From the NCBI GenBank assembly GCA_036172245.1, contig JAYWIR010000027.1:992001-1056000 (forward strand): DNA of 64,000 nucleotides, read 5' to 3'. Below the pieces are notes generated by a model. It did not search any database and was not told the origin of the DNA. It was given only the letters and a program-made list of their open reading frames with translations. The DNA is from Raillietiella orientalis (lineage: Eukaryota). Both the position numbers and the translations under genes were made by a program. Every line of letters starts with the position of its first letter. The first letter of the stretch is position 1. Positions 22,050 through 34,899 of the stretch are shown here, in pieces.

Positions 22050-25000
22050 CCCCCTCATCCGGGTGGATGACTGAGCTTCTGATGAACTTCTGAGTAAGCC
22101 GCAAATCCGCTTCTGGGAGTACGAAGGAATGCTGGAAAATGATGCTGAAGGCTTCGAAAAGCAGCTGTGCAGGTTGGAAACGTCATTGGTTTCACGCTCT
22201 CGTCAATAGCTGTCATCCATCGGCAATCGTTGCTGAGTAACTTTTGCCCATGTTTCGAGGAAAAAAAAAAAAATTTAAGGGGGGATGTGTGGTTGAATAA
22301 ACGATTTTGAAAAGCTCTTCGTCTGTATGGACCAGGAGAGCTCGTAAGATCGAAGATTTCATTCTGAGATTTTCGACGCCTTTTGTAGGTCTGTTCTGAA
22401 CCCCACCCGCGCTCCTCTCCAACTCGGCGTCCACTTTTCTGGTTTTGGCTACTTCTATTTTGGGAGGAGAGCTCTCTTACCCCTCCCGGTTCGCATAGCG
22501 AAACAGCGATTCCTTTCGCAGTTTCACGAAACAGCTTCGGGGTGCATTCTCTCCTTTCCTGAAACGAGTCGACTGGGGTCCCTGGATGGAGGAGTGCTGC
22601 CCTAAAAGCTCGCTCCCAAGTGTTTGCTTCGTCTCCTCGGCGAGCGGCTCTTGCGTGTTTTCCCTCCATCGGGTCCTCAGGTGTCCTTTGGCGCCCCGGG
22701 TACGCTCGAAGCGCTCCAATCGGGAAGAGCAGCTCCGTTCGCAAGGGGGGGGCTGGACCCAGGCACCGGGTCGCAGCTCAAAGATGCGTTACAGAAGCTT
22801 TGAAGATGCGCTCTCCCGCGCAACCCGCGTGCTCCTCCAAGAACGCTTTCAGAGGCTGGACGGGTCCTCGATCCGATCCGCCGATTCTTCCCGTTAATTT
22901 CGCCAATCCGACCGATCGAGAGCTTTTCCCGTGTCGTCGTTTCCGAAGCTTTCGGCGAAACGGACGGTCGGTCTTTCAGGGTCGCCTGCGCGCCGCTGTA
23001 TAAACAAACGCTGCCCCGGCGGCGCGCGCGCATTGCACCCAACGTTTTGTTCTGGACACTCCCGCAGCCTTTGTTCCACGGCCTTAAATTCGGGATAATT
23101 TTCTACGTGAAGACATTGTAATTATCGACGGGCCCCATGCGTGGGCATCCGAGATGACACCGGAGCGGTGCGACTGTGGCAGCCTTCGCACTCGGAAGTT
23201 CCACCCCAGCGTAATCACGGACGGACGCCTCAAGTGGAAACGCACACACACGGACACACACAGACACTCACACGCGCGCGCACCACACGCGTGCTCGACG
23301 ACGAAGCTTTCCGTAAGGACGGACCGCGGCTGCCGGTCGGGTGCACGCTGTTGCGCGCCGCCCTGTGGCGGTCCTTGGCGAACAAACACGGCCCGGTTGC
23401 GCGGAGGACCGCGGCTTGATGCGCGCGCAGCAGGAGCCGCTATGGGTGACGCCCAGACGCGACCCCCCCCCCAGGAAACGCCGGCACGAGGCAGCCGAAG
23501 ATGCCCGGAGAAGTCTGGCGCTCCCAGCGGACGAAGGCGCCACTCCGGCAGGCAGTGGCTGGAAAGGTTGCCTCGGCTGCAGGTAGCCCCCCGAAAGACA
23601 CGAGGAGGACGTCTCCGGTGGTGATCCGTTCCGATCTGCAGGAGGAACGGTGACCGACGGTTGCGCAGTGTCGCTCCTGTCGCTCTTGAGGCACCGCTTC
23701 AGTAAAACGGCCGACAAACCTGCTCCTGTAAGCCGAAAGCAATCTTTAAAGAGGTGCTCTCAACGCCCACCGTAGTCATGCGTTTGTTTTGTTTTGTTTT
23801 GTTTTTCCACTCTTGACCTTCGCGGACGCTTGGCTGATTCATTCAATTTTTTGGATGTTTTTCCGTCTGCGTTCCCGGAACATTCAAGCAGGGTAAAGAG
23901 CGCTGTTTTGCTGCCTGGCTCTCCTGGTCCTGACGCGCGTGTTGAGCTAAGAGGCGAAACTTCTCGTCTCCGCTTGACGCTTCCCAACCTGGAAATTCGC
24001 TCGAAACAGCGCGTTTTAAGGAAATTCGCTAAGCACCCGCGGAATATATCGAACGCAAATCTGTGGTACATAAATAATGGATGCTTACATCGTTCGACAA
24101 GCCGAGGTTTCGCGACTGCGAACGTGTTGACCATGTTCGAAGCTTCAGGCTGCTCGTCCGAACTTTAACCACGTGCTCTGGGAATCACTTGGACAAGGGC
24201 GTTCATCTGCAGGGGAATTAAAACCAAGTACCAGAAATCACGGGGCCAGTTCTTCGAGGAAGACCAGCTACCCTGCGCAATGAAAATCCGGCATGTTCCT
24301 TAACGAGCTTCAGAGAGCGGACCACCAAATACGAGGTGGGCGACTTGAAACCGGCTCGCCTGAGGTTCGATTTTGAGGAGAAACCTAGCGGGCCTCGAGG
24401 CCCACGGTTCCAAGTGGCTCGACCTGCATATTCGCGTAGCACATAGCTAAGCGTTCTTCTCCACCCCCAACCCCGCCAGGATGGACTGACAGATGCGGAC
24501 TGATGCCGATTTCTGCGATGCCGAGCTGCGAGCTTCGATGCTTCCGAAGAAGAGCGTGAAGATGTTCGGGAAAGCACGCCCTGCGTGCCTGCTCGCCATT
24601 CTGTTGGCGCCAGCGTGCGCCAACAGAATGGCGCCCGACAATGCGATCTAAAAATTGCGGGCGAGCGACTTCAAACCGGTCCGCCTCTCGAGTGCCTTTG
24701 GTACGGACTTGCGAGCGGGTTTTCACTGGCTCCCCCTATGGCATGGAGCAACGTTTGGCTCCTCCGCATCCACCTTGGAGGCATCAAGACGCACGTTCGA
24801 CGGACCTCGCGCTTCAATCATGCGAAGACAATGGATTTTTTGTTGCTCCTTTAGGCGAAGGCTCCGTCCGTGTTAATCCGTAGGCCGAACCCTAGCGAGT
24901 TGTTTATTATTGTACCCTCTAAAACCGCGCATGATTTCCACAATTGCCATTTGACAGTGACGTGACCTGCGTGTGATTTCGGAGCGCTTATGGATTTCGG

Positions 25001-26000
25001 AAGCTCCCTCGGTCGAAACCTTGGAAGCAACGTCCTCAAGACATTGCAGAAGAGACTGTGCACCAATCAACATCCAGATGCTTGCTGAGGTGACTTCGTG
25101 CCTGCGTTCGAGAGTAAGGATCCGACGTTCCTGAACTGATGGGGGAGGAAAGACGGGATGATCCGGGGAAGCCACGGTCAGAATGACCGAACCCTGAGAA
25201 CTCCATCGCACAGCTCGTCCCTTAAGCAGCGCACGTCACTTCCCCAAACGATCACCGCACGTTTCTTTATCACGCCAATTAAGTGAAGCATCTCATCTTC
25301 AGCCTGGAGAGGTCCATGAGCCTTCTGTGACTTCCGATCATCTTGTGGAGTCGGATCGATTTCACTTTCCGGAAATCAAAAGTCAACACTGCGGACGCAC
25401 TCGTGCAAGTGTCTGAAGGGTTTCCGAGTTCCAGAGGGAGGCCCAAGATTTGGCTGAGCCTACGGGTCTCGAACCCCTATGTGGGCAGGGTCCGCCGAAT
25501 GAGCCTCGACAGGTGCTCATCTGGGACCCCGCAATGCTGTTCGTTCTACGGAGAGTTTTTGAAACTTCTTCGTGAGATCGTCAGCCGTGGAAACGTTGCG
25601 TGGTGCCTTACGAGGGCGTGCGCAATCCTGGCGCATCCGAAAGCCATCAGCGGCTTGTCTTCTGATGCTGCAGAGCGCAGAAGCATTCCTCGGGGATGCT
25701 TTCCAACACAAGATCCTCTCTGAACTACCTTCCTCAACAACACCTCCTGGATGAATAATGCAGATGGCGGAGCAAGATGCTTTGAAGCGGCTGCTCCATA
25801 CGTGAAGATGTTCGAAGGGGAGGGAGATTGTGGCATCCTCTCCTGGCAGCGATGCCGGGAGCCTGGAATGAGGCACCGCCATTGGCACCAAACCTCTGCA
25901 TGAGGTTCTTCCTCGTCTCCTTTCCAAGAGGCACGGAAGCTTCGGAAGGTCACCAGAACCTTCGGTAGGAGCAGCTCTTCAGCAAGTGGCCTGCTGTCAG
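22050..26000 (-). mobile_element. decayed CMC/EnSpm-like DNA transposon (transposase plus accessory ORF remnants)
   Basis: Near 24900-25060, RFRPRELPKSISAPKSHAGH...IMRGF resembles FP...ITPK.H...HY...MRFE. Near 25750-25840, SPSNIFTY...LAP. Near 22080-22650, LGSELLGQHSSIQGP...FRYANR and LLFEAFSIIF resemble the SAMD3-like accessory ORF seen in animal EnSpm-type elements. Confidence 0.5.
24558..24692. repeat. short dispersed repeat, copy 1, with perfect 17-bp hairpin
   Basis: ATGGCGCCCGACAATGCGATCTAAAAA..GCGGGCGAGCGACTTCAAA.CGGTCCGC also occurs at 26780-26903 and 58572-58638. Confidence 0.9.
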
Positions 26001-26779
26001 ATTGAACTTTTCAGGTGACTGACCTCAGTCCTCCGAAAAGGCGCTTGCGCACTCGTCACTCCCTGTGGGCACAGGTCTGCTTTCCGTTCGAGAGTTCGGC
26101 AATTGGGAAGCAGGGTGAGGCCGTGCTGCCAGCCTTTTGCGCGCAACCACCATTCGTGAGGGCTGCTCTTGGAATGGGGATGCAGGCGAGAATCCTCCAC
26201 TGTTTGTGCGCGAACAAGAGCTCGCAACACGTGGGTGCGTGCGGAGCCACTCAGGGGACTTGGAAGTGTTGCTCTCGTCTGTTGCTGATGAGTGGTTTGA
26301 GCGTGCAAGAATGTGAGAGGGCACGGTTCTCCAGGGGGCCTGAGAAAGGAAAAGTGAAGGAATCACGCGCATCCTCTTTTTCGCTCTCAGGAGCCCAAAA
26401 ATCAGCTCGCACGATCACCACTGGCTCATTGGGATTGCATCAGGGTCCGAGACCAATTCCCTTGTAAGAACCTGAAATTTCAAGAATGCGGGCGGGCCAG
26501 CTCCGAATGGAAGTCTTCACTATCTTCTTGTTTCGTCCATAGAATCGTCCTCCCTCCATATCCTCAGCCCTCATTTGGAACACTTGGAACCAGTCGTTTG
26601 GGGGTGCCAATGTTCTGGGTGATTCCTTCATCGGGAAGATGCTTCAACCGATGAATCGAATGTACAGCGCGAACATATTGCTTATGAATCATAGAGGCGC
26701 AGAAGCAAGGCAGTGGTGTCGTCCAGCAACAGCCTGGGCATCTTTCGGATGCTGTGGCTTTCCAAACGACTGAGCATGA

Positions 26780-26903
26780 AAATGTTCGGGAAAGCACTCT
26801 CTGCGAGCAGGCACGGGGCACCAGCGTGCGCCAACAGAATGGCGCCCGACAATGCGATCTAAAAATAGCGGGCGAGCGACTTCAAATCGGTCCGCTTCTC
26901 GAG
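26780..26903. repeat. short dispersed repeat, copy 2
   Basis: Aligns directly to 24558-24692 but lacks the left hairpin arm. Confidence 0.9.
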
Positions 26904-29299
26904 AGTGGCTCTGCGGCGAGGGGTGGGTAGCTGGCACCAGGACGTCAGAAGCCTCCATCTGGGCGAGATACTTCCATACTAACCTGCTCGAGGATCACAG
27001 ATCCACGTTGTCGAGTCTCCAGAATAAGATAGCAGTTGACCTTCTCGAGCGACCTTGAAACGCAAGCAGCCAGTCTCCGACCGATCACGAGAATCCCCGG
27101 TGTCGCTGGTTTGCACCCCGCGGGTAAACCCTTCCGACGGAAACCCATGCCTTTGCTGCACCCAGTGGCACGCTCTCGGGAGACTTGTGTTCCTGGCGCA
27201 GACCTCGTGCGTTTCGTGTTTCTGGGGATCACCGCTGGATCCTTTTGCCTGAGGCTCTCGACCAGAGAGCGAGCCTGCAAGGGCGCGCTTCCGAAGCGTC
27301 TTCTTTCGTAGAATACGGGACCTTGGGTCGCACTGCCTCTTCGCATCTTCAGCTCGACGGCGGGCATCCCCAAACGGGATGCAGGGAAAGAATGGTCGGG
27401 TGGAACGATCCGCAGGTTTAGCTGTGGGTTTTTCTCGCCACTAGGAAGAGATGGCTAACCGGGGTCGTCCACGTCCCGTAGGCGCCACTTCCGCGAGGCA
27501 CAAAACGGAGCACTAACGTTCCTCTTTCCAATCGTTCCAAGCGTTTTCCTATGGAGCTGCCAGGGTGGCGCCTAGAAGGTGAATGCTTGCTTTCCCTGCT
27601 CACGCGTGGGGCCGCCGGCATCTCAACCGTCCACATCGCGCGCGCCACGGACATCTGGAAACACCCGAGAGCTACCCGTGGTTTCCTCGGCGGTCCTCGG
27701 ATTCCAAGAGGGAGAGGTGCGTAGGGCATCTGGAAGAATGCCAGCCGTCATCCGCGCGCTCCCGTTCGGGGGGATCCAGGCCGGATCTGCTGGTCTCTTA
27801 GGTGCCGCTTGGTAGTCAGGCTGGCGGCTGGTTCGTCGGCGTGGGTGCCGGAGCACACGCTGTCAGCCTCGGCCGTGCGAAAGATGCCCAGGCCGTGGAG
27901 GGCCGGCAGACCACCGCCGCGCGCGCGCGCGTTCCGTCCTCCCTTCCTCCCCCCCCCCCCCATCTCCCTCCACGGGACTCCGTCTCCCTCCGGTGCTAAA
28001 CCTGGGCGGCAGGCTTCGCTCTCGAGGCGTAGTTTTCCGACCGCGGCCGTCCCTAACTCCTGTTTCCCTGAGCGAGGGGAGCTCCGCGAGCTGCGGAAGC
28101 AGAAGAGGGGGAATCCTCTCAAGCGACGGGGGTGTGGGAAGGGGCGGGGAGTGGGGGAAGAAGGGAAAAAATTCCCGCCGCCCTGGAGACGAGGAGGCGA
28201 GCACCGGGAACCGTTCCTTCCCGACGCTCGTTTCGGAGCCTCCGCTCGGCGGCGCGCGCTCCGCGAAAGGGGTGAGGTATCGACCTTCTGGTCCCCTGTG
28301 TCCGGGACGCAGAGGTCGGGCGGAGCGTCCGGACTGGCTTTCATCTCATCGCGCCTCTGTTTATTTTCATCTTGCGCCCCTCCCTTCCCGCCATTCCCTT
28401 TTCCTTCCTCCTTCTTTTTCGTTTCTTTCTTCTCCCTTTTTGACGCTCGGAAGGTTCCTAAATCAGCCACACGCAGCTCCTCTCCATCTTTCTTGCTCCT
28501 CCCCCCTACCTTTCCTCTCCCTCCCCCCTAACGAAGAATTCTAATTGCATCCTGGAGCAAGCGCGGAAGGTAATGGCGCTTTTACGAACATCACCATAAA
28601 TCTCGTCAGAGCCGCTCTGCGTATGCGCGTCCTCCGGTGGAAGGTAACGCCGGACGGAACGACGGAGCTCCGTTCCGCGCATCCCAGGGCTTCACTCGGA
28701 CAGCCCCCCTGCTCCCTACGATCAGCGTGACCGGTGGATGTCTCCCGTGGATTAGGGTTCCCCTTTTCTCTCCTGCCCCCTCCCCCCCCCTCGACCCACT
28801 CCCTTAGCGCCACGCGCCGAAATCCTCTCCAGGCACTGGGCGAGCGTCCCCCTTTCGCCCACTCGATTGACCCCCGTTGCGGTCATCCGCGTGCCAGGAT
28901 TCCCCTGCCCCGCGCGTCTCCGGCTCTCTGAGGGTTCCACTGCCCTACTCGGACGCCCGTGTCGAGGGGAAAAAAACACTTTCTTGTCCTCCGGAGAGAT
29001 GGCGATCCGCTTGAAACGGACCACAGTGGGGTTCTTTCTCCGGCGCCACCCTATCTGACAGGGGGGAAGGCGTCCCCAGAGCCATTTTACCCGGGCCCGA
29101 CAAGCGACTGGGCGAATTCGTTCAAAACAACAACTGGCACCCATGGCAATGACAAGGACTCCACCGCAACGGTCGCTTTCGTCTTTGCCATGAGCACGTT
29201 GCTTTCCACCGCACTAAGTGTCCCAAGTCCAATCTGGGACTGGCCATCGGGGTCACCAGCCACTGAGTATGGATTCTCTAATCCATAAGGCCTCTGGGG

Positions 29300-31150
29300 G
29301 ATTCGAGGCGTGGCCCCGCTCACCCCAGCAGCACCTACAGTCGAGTGCAGCAGGGGTACAGCCAGGTGGGATTCGATCGCCGGGTTCCGAATGCCGGGTC
29401 TGACGGCTTGTTCGAGGATTCCCAGGGCGGCCGTTGCTCTTTCTGTCTTCCGCAGCCTCTCCGTCCTTCTCGTCGCAATGCCTGCGGCGAAGAGGGCGAT
29501 CGCCTCACTGCACCCGGGATTGCACCCGGGAACGTCGCCGTCTCCTTCAAGCAATGCCGTCAGCGTCGCCATCCTGGAGCTCGTATGCGGAGGCCCGTCG
29601 CCCCCTTCAGCGCTGCCCAGTCCTGGCGCATCGTTCGGGGCATGGTAACGCGCGCGGAGCTGCTGTACTTCCCTCGACCCCGCATGGCCTTGCGGAACTC
29701 GTCCCGGATTTACCCGTCCAACGATCGGTCCCGGAGCCGCTCGGGACTTCTCCGTGGTAAAACAGGAGGTCTCGCGGCGGCGGAGGCTGTGAGGCTGAGG
29801 TCTCATCGCGACGCGGGTTCAAATCCCGCTCGGGGGAAAAATAGGGTCGACGCAGAGAAATGGCGTTCGTGTCGAGGGTTTCGAGGATTTCTCTTGCAGG
29901 ATGACGCTGGTTGGCTTTTGGGTACAGCATCGGATGAAGCCAGAAAAAAACGGATGCCCCCGTCGGCTGCTCGGGATTCGAAAGTTGACCCTCGGGGGTC
30001 TTTCCAGAAATCAAGGAGCCCTTTGGGGTTCCCCTTCGGTGGAGAAACTGAAGCCTTCCTCTCCCCCTTCTTCAGAGGGGTTCCTCCATCGCGTACCATG
30101 GAGCTGGTGGATTGACGCCTCTCCGGAGTGTTTGTGAAGAAGCGCGCTGCTCCCTTTGGGAAAAGAGCCTTCAGTGAAATGGGGAAGCATTCCTTCAGGG
30201 AGGGGAGGATGTCTTTAGAGGAGTAAACAAGGAGAGACTCCCCTGAGGGTTTCCTCCGGAGAAGAAATTCCAGGAGCATTTCCCTTACCAGAGGTCCCTC
30301 CAGAGAGAATAAGGAAGAGGTTCCCTTCGGGGCTCCCTTTCGGTTGTGAAAAAAGAACCGTACCATCACCCTGTAACAAAGCTGGCTGATACCCCCTCTG
30401 GAGTTGCTTGTCCAGAGCGTCAAGAAGTGCGCTGCTTCCTTCAGGAAGCGACCCTCCATAGAAATTTGGTCCAACACAGGGAGGTCATCTTGCTTGTCCG
30501 GTGGAGCGACCCGTCACCTTCACACTCAGCTCCTTTAGACTGCCTCTCCAGCCACTCGCGGGCTGAAGGTTTCTGATCCCTTAGCGGCTGGCAGCCATGG
30601 GGAGGATGTCATGGCTCTCGTCATCAGTGGGAAGGGGTCCCTGCGGGTCTTCTCTACCGTTTCGGAGGTTGTGGTGTTTCCATGGCTTGCACGCGTCCTT
30701 CTGGTGGAACACCCCGTTTTTTTTTTATCTCAGTGGAGACGTAGTCGTATGCCGTGGCCGGAACAACCGGTGGCGGACTCGTATGATTCGTTGGGGTCTT
30801 CGGTGCACTCGTGTTCTCGTCTCCCATGTGACGGCGTGCAGGAAACAGGGAACCGACAAGGTCAGCTCTCCTTTCCCGAGTTCGTTGCCGTGGGGCACTC
30901 TTGACAGACGGCGGGGTCTCACCAGGGCCTGCCTCCTTTTCCCGTGTGGGGCTGATTCTCTTCCACCCTCCCGGCCGTAGGACACCCGAGCTGCTTAGTG
31001 GCATCCGCGGGCGCTCAAGCAACAACTTGTCCATCCCATCCCCTGTGGAGGAGATCCAGGAGTTGTTGCGCGTCCATGGCTGCCACGGCGTGTTCGAGCG
31101 ACTTCGTCGAGGGTCCCACCTTCGCCACCAGAATCAGAATCTTGTTTCTT
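29300..31150 (-). mobile_element. decayed L1/Tx1-like LINE 3' part, interrupted by a SINE
   Basis: MATLTALLEGDGDVPGCNP...IALF matches MEILAGMFEGNGDVPRYNP...IAFF at about 36590-36680. GCCAGCCGCTA is shared at about 30585 (minus) and 36336 (plus). Confidence 0.55.
29770..30400 (+). mobile_element. tRNA-headed SINE, copy A (3' truncated)
   Basis: B box GGTTCAAATCCC at 29816-29827; core GCAGGATGACGCTGGTTGG; body GTACCATGGAGCTGGTG...AGAAGCGCGCTGCTCCCT shared with other copies. Confidence 0.75.
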
Positions 31151-32529
31151 CTTCTCCTTCTCCCCTGTTTGCTGAGTGAGTAGGCTCACCTCGAAAAGAA
31201 TCCGTTTCCACGGTAACGATGTTTGCTTTCCCGTGCGGGACGATGTTTCCTTTTGCCGATGCTTTATGCGCGGCCGCCGCGAAAAACGCTCCCGGCGTCT
31301 CTCTCAAGCGCTTCCGGAAGCACGATGGCTTTGGGGACCACCAGACCACCTTCTGTTGCACACGCAGCTCATAGAGGTGCCACTAACAAAACGGCCGCCT
31401 CGGGGACGAAGTTTCACTCTTCTTTTCCTCTTTTTTTCTTTTGTAAATCTATGTAATGTAATTCCAGAAAGTTCTGTGCTTCCACTTGCATGCTGCCGTA
31501 TCCCAGATCCAGGGCAATTGATGACCGAGGTGTCGGATTGTTGGTTATCACCCAGCTGCTCCGGGTGTTTATTCCAAAAAAAGAACAAACCATCCAGGAA
31601 CGAAGTTCCCAGAGTTAAGGGAAAAGAAGTTCGAAGGGGAGGCTCCCCGACGCGCAGGCCGGACACACTGAAAGTCCGGAACGGGAGAGAGGGGACCACA
31701 AATAGATATAAAGAATACACAAATAGATATGAGGGTGGGAGTGTAGGGGACAGGGGTCTTTGGCTCTGACCGTTCTATCCTTTCAGTGCCGGCGTTGAAT
31801 GCCGGAGATCTCCTTCCTAACATCTTTGCAGAGCTGGCCCGACTCAGCAGCCGTCTTCATGCTGGCGGCTGCAATCCTGGTGATTTCTGTTGAGACCGCT
31901 CGCGTCTCCAACAGGTGGAGGGCTATGACGGTGGCGCGGATGCAACAGATCGTTGCGATGACCGCTCCTAGCGAGAGACCTCCGCACGTGAAGAAGAGGT
32001 TCATGACGGCGATGGCAGTGTCATGCTGGTGCAAGAGCTCTAAAGGCAGCCTCCGCCACTGTCCTTGGAGGGCACCGTTTGCACAGAAACAGAAGTGCCT
32101 TGCGACTTATGGATGTGCGGCAGCCACGGGTTGCCACCACACCGTACAGTGCCATCGGCAGTATCGAAGTGTTGGTGCTGCGACGGGTGCTCTAGCCACC
32201 TTGCCACTCACTGGTCCTCGCTCGCGCGAGTAGGCGCAAAGGCCGGTTTCAGAGACGGAAATGCTGCCGGGCAAGTGTTTCCAAAGCGGCTGCCGCCACC
32301 GTTGCTACAGAAACGGAGGTGCGTTGCGATCTGTGGATGTACCGCAGCCAGACGGGTTGCCACCGCACCGTGCCGAGATGCACTCATACTACGACGCCTC
32401 CTTTCGGCGCATCTGCTGGAGCTCCTGGGAGTAATGAGGCTGCGATCGGTCTCCATGGCAAGCGCGTTCCGTCCATGAATCAGTCGTTCAGCGGAGAAAA
32501 CCGACGGTCACCGCCAACCGCATGTGTTT

Positions 32530-33664
32530 AAGAAACCAGTCGATTCGGAGCTCTTGGAGGCGCTTGTAATCACAGAGCCATCAAAACCAGATGATTAGCA
32601 TAAGGAGGAACACGAAAGGACTGGGGAAACACACAAGAAGAAGAATCGGAAAGCTCCAAGAAGCGAAAATGCAATAAAGGAAGCTCAAATAGACGAAAAA
32701 AAAGACGCCCAATGGCGCTGCTGATTGTTCAATCAACACGTTTCATACAAGCGAGCAAGACATCACTGAGGAGGATGGAGAAGGAATTTTCCTCTAGAAG
32801 GACGTTTGGCAACAGTCCCGTTAAAGGCAATGAGCCGCTGTTTGGTTCTGCAATGAGCACTTCATTGCGTTATTACATAACGTAATAAAAGTGCATTGGT
32901 GTGGTAGAACCGTATCAGCAAGGTCAGCTGCTGTACCAGAGGAGTCAGCTCTGCTGCGGAGCATCGGAAAAACTCTCATGCACGCGCGTGTGCACCTGCA
33001 CTGCTGGATTCTTCTGAACGACTCGCACGTACACGTCCCTCCCGCGTTCCTTTTTTCTGTAAAGGTCAGTAGCGACTTCAGATGGGAGATCGCTGCTTTT
33101 GGCCGGGGATATTCATCACCCGGTTATTCAATGTGTGGGACCAAAAGAGTGTGCTTTTTGTGGACTTTATGGAACCTGGACAACCTTCGCTTCGCAAGTC
33201 CGCTGTGAAACACTTTCAACATTGCGGCGTGCCATTGGGAACCGACGACGTGGAACGCTGAGATCAGGAGTTGTTCCTCTCCTTCACGACAGCGCGCGCC
33301 TTGGCAACACATGCTGTCTGTCCGCACATTCCAGACCATTCAGAATGAGAACTTTTTGATCATCCAGTCCTGGCCTCGCGCCCAGGACAACCACGCCTTC
33401 CTGCACATCCAGAAGGGGTTCAACGATTCGAGGGGGAAAGGGAGAAGTTGAAAAGTGCAGTGCTGCTGGACTGGCTGAACTCCCAGGCGGCGGGATTTCA
33501 TGCAGAGGGTTTCAAATAGCTCGTTCACGGCATCAAAAGTGTTTGGAAGAAAATAGACTACGTAGAAAAATGACACGTGTTTAGAAACACCAATACATTT
33601 TTCTTTCTCTTCTTTGTTCTTTCTTTATATCCGATCGGCACTTACTTTTGAGATGCGCCTCGTA
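32530..33664 (+). mobile_element. decayed mariner (Tc1/mariner) transposon
   Basis: Frameshifted WDQKSVLFVDFMEPG, CETLSTLRRAIGNRRRGTLRSGVVPLLHDSAR, LFDHP and terminal DYVEK* (stop at 33573). The right end CTTACTTTTGAGATGCGCCTCG+TA (33641-33664) has mariner TIR/TA form. The 5' boundary is approximate. Confidence 0.88.
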
Positions 33665-33759
33665 TCTCCACAGACAGAATAGAATTCTTCAGCAATTGGT
33701 AGCAGGGTCTCTCACACGTAGTTATCAAGCGCGGAAGCGCAGATGTAAAGAGAGGAATG

Positions 33760-34690
33760 CGTCAGAGGCCTCGTGGTTAAGGCTTCCGCGTGTGGCACCG
33801 TGCGTCGCGGGTTCGAATACTTCGGCAGAAACTCTGACGCCACTGCGTCGTCGAGTTGCGAGTTTCTCCTGCAAGATGGCGCTGGCTGGCCGAGACATTC
33901 GGGCGTGGCACCGGCGGTGGATTAAGCCGGAGGCCCCCGATGAAGGCCGGAACAATGGGAGTCGACCTTCGGGTCCTTCCAGTAATCAAGGAGTGGGGAG
34001 TTCCCTCTCTGGTCGTGCAACGGAGAGCGGATCCCCCTCACCGGGAGGACCCCTCCGGTTTCAAGATTGAGCAGGAGCCCTCACGGGCACCTCTCCAGTT
34101 GTTTAAATGAGCAGACCCCTGTTGCTGGGGGGACCCTCCGAGTCGTCGCCTCTTCACAGAGTGTGCACAAGGAAGCAAGCGAGAGCGATTCCCTGCGGGA
34201 AGCTGCAGCGCCCCTTCTGAAGCGTCCCTTCGGGGTTCTCTTCAGAGAAGTGAACAGGAGAGGTTCCCTTGCGGGTTCCTCCCGGAGAAGAAATTCCTAC
34301 AAGCAGATCCTTTCCGGGTTCCCTTCGGAGAAGTTGAAATGGAGAGAACCACCCCCTTCCCAGGGGGTGTCCCTCCGGAGAGAATGAGGAAGGAGATTCC
34401 TTCAGGGTTCCCCTGCGGAGACAACCAGGGTTGGAGGTGCGATCCTCACGTCCGGGGGGGATTCCTCCCCAAGCGTGAGAGGAACGGACTCCGAGCCTTT
34501 CCTGGATTCATAGGGCGGACCCCCATCCCGGGGTGCACCCTATCCTGAAGAATTACACGACCCCCTGCAGGTTGCCGCGGGCGGAGGGGCGTGGAAACAA
34601 AACAGTGTGTTTCATGTTTGAAAAAAGAGCCACGTGCGCCGCGAGGCACGCGACTGGCTCTGAGGTACTTAGCGAACCAAAAAAGAAAAG
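33760..34690 (+). mobile_element. tRNA-headed SINE, copy B
   Basis: A-box-like GTGGTTAAGG, B box GGTTCGAATA, core GCAAGATGGCGCTGGCTGG, internal GGGTTCC(C/T)(T/C)CGGAGAAG repeats, end GAGGTACTTAGCGAACC plus A-rich tail. Confidence 0.8.
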
Positions 34691-34725
34691 AGAGGAATGC
34701 GGTTGCTTCCGAACTCCAAGGAGTC

Positions 34726-34849
34726 TTCCCTTCTGCCTACCCCACCCGACCTAACCCCCTGTCCGCCCAAACCTGCCCGGCCTGCCTCTGTCATCCCGAG
34801 GGCACGGTCGGCGGAAGGATGCCGCGGGGCAAAAAGTGCCGAACGCCGA
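34726..34849 (+). repeat. 124-bp direct repeat, copy 1
   Basis: Identical to 37513-37636 except one C/T mismatch. Confidence 0.97.
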
Positions 34850-34899
34850 AGCATCCTTTCGCGGAAAGAAGGTTCAAGTGCATCACGTCTTTGAACGGT

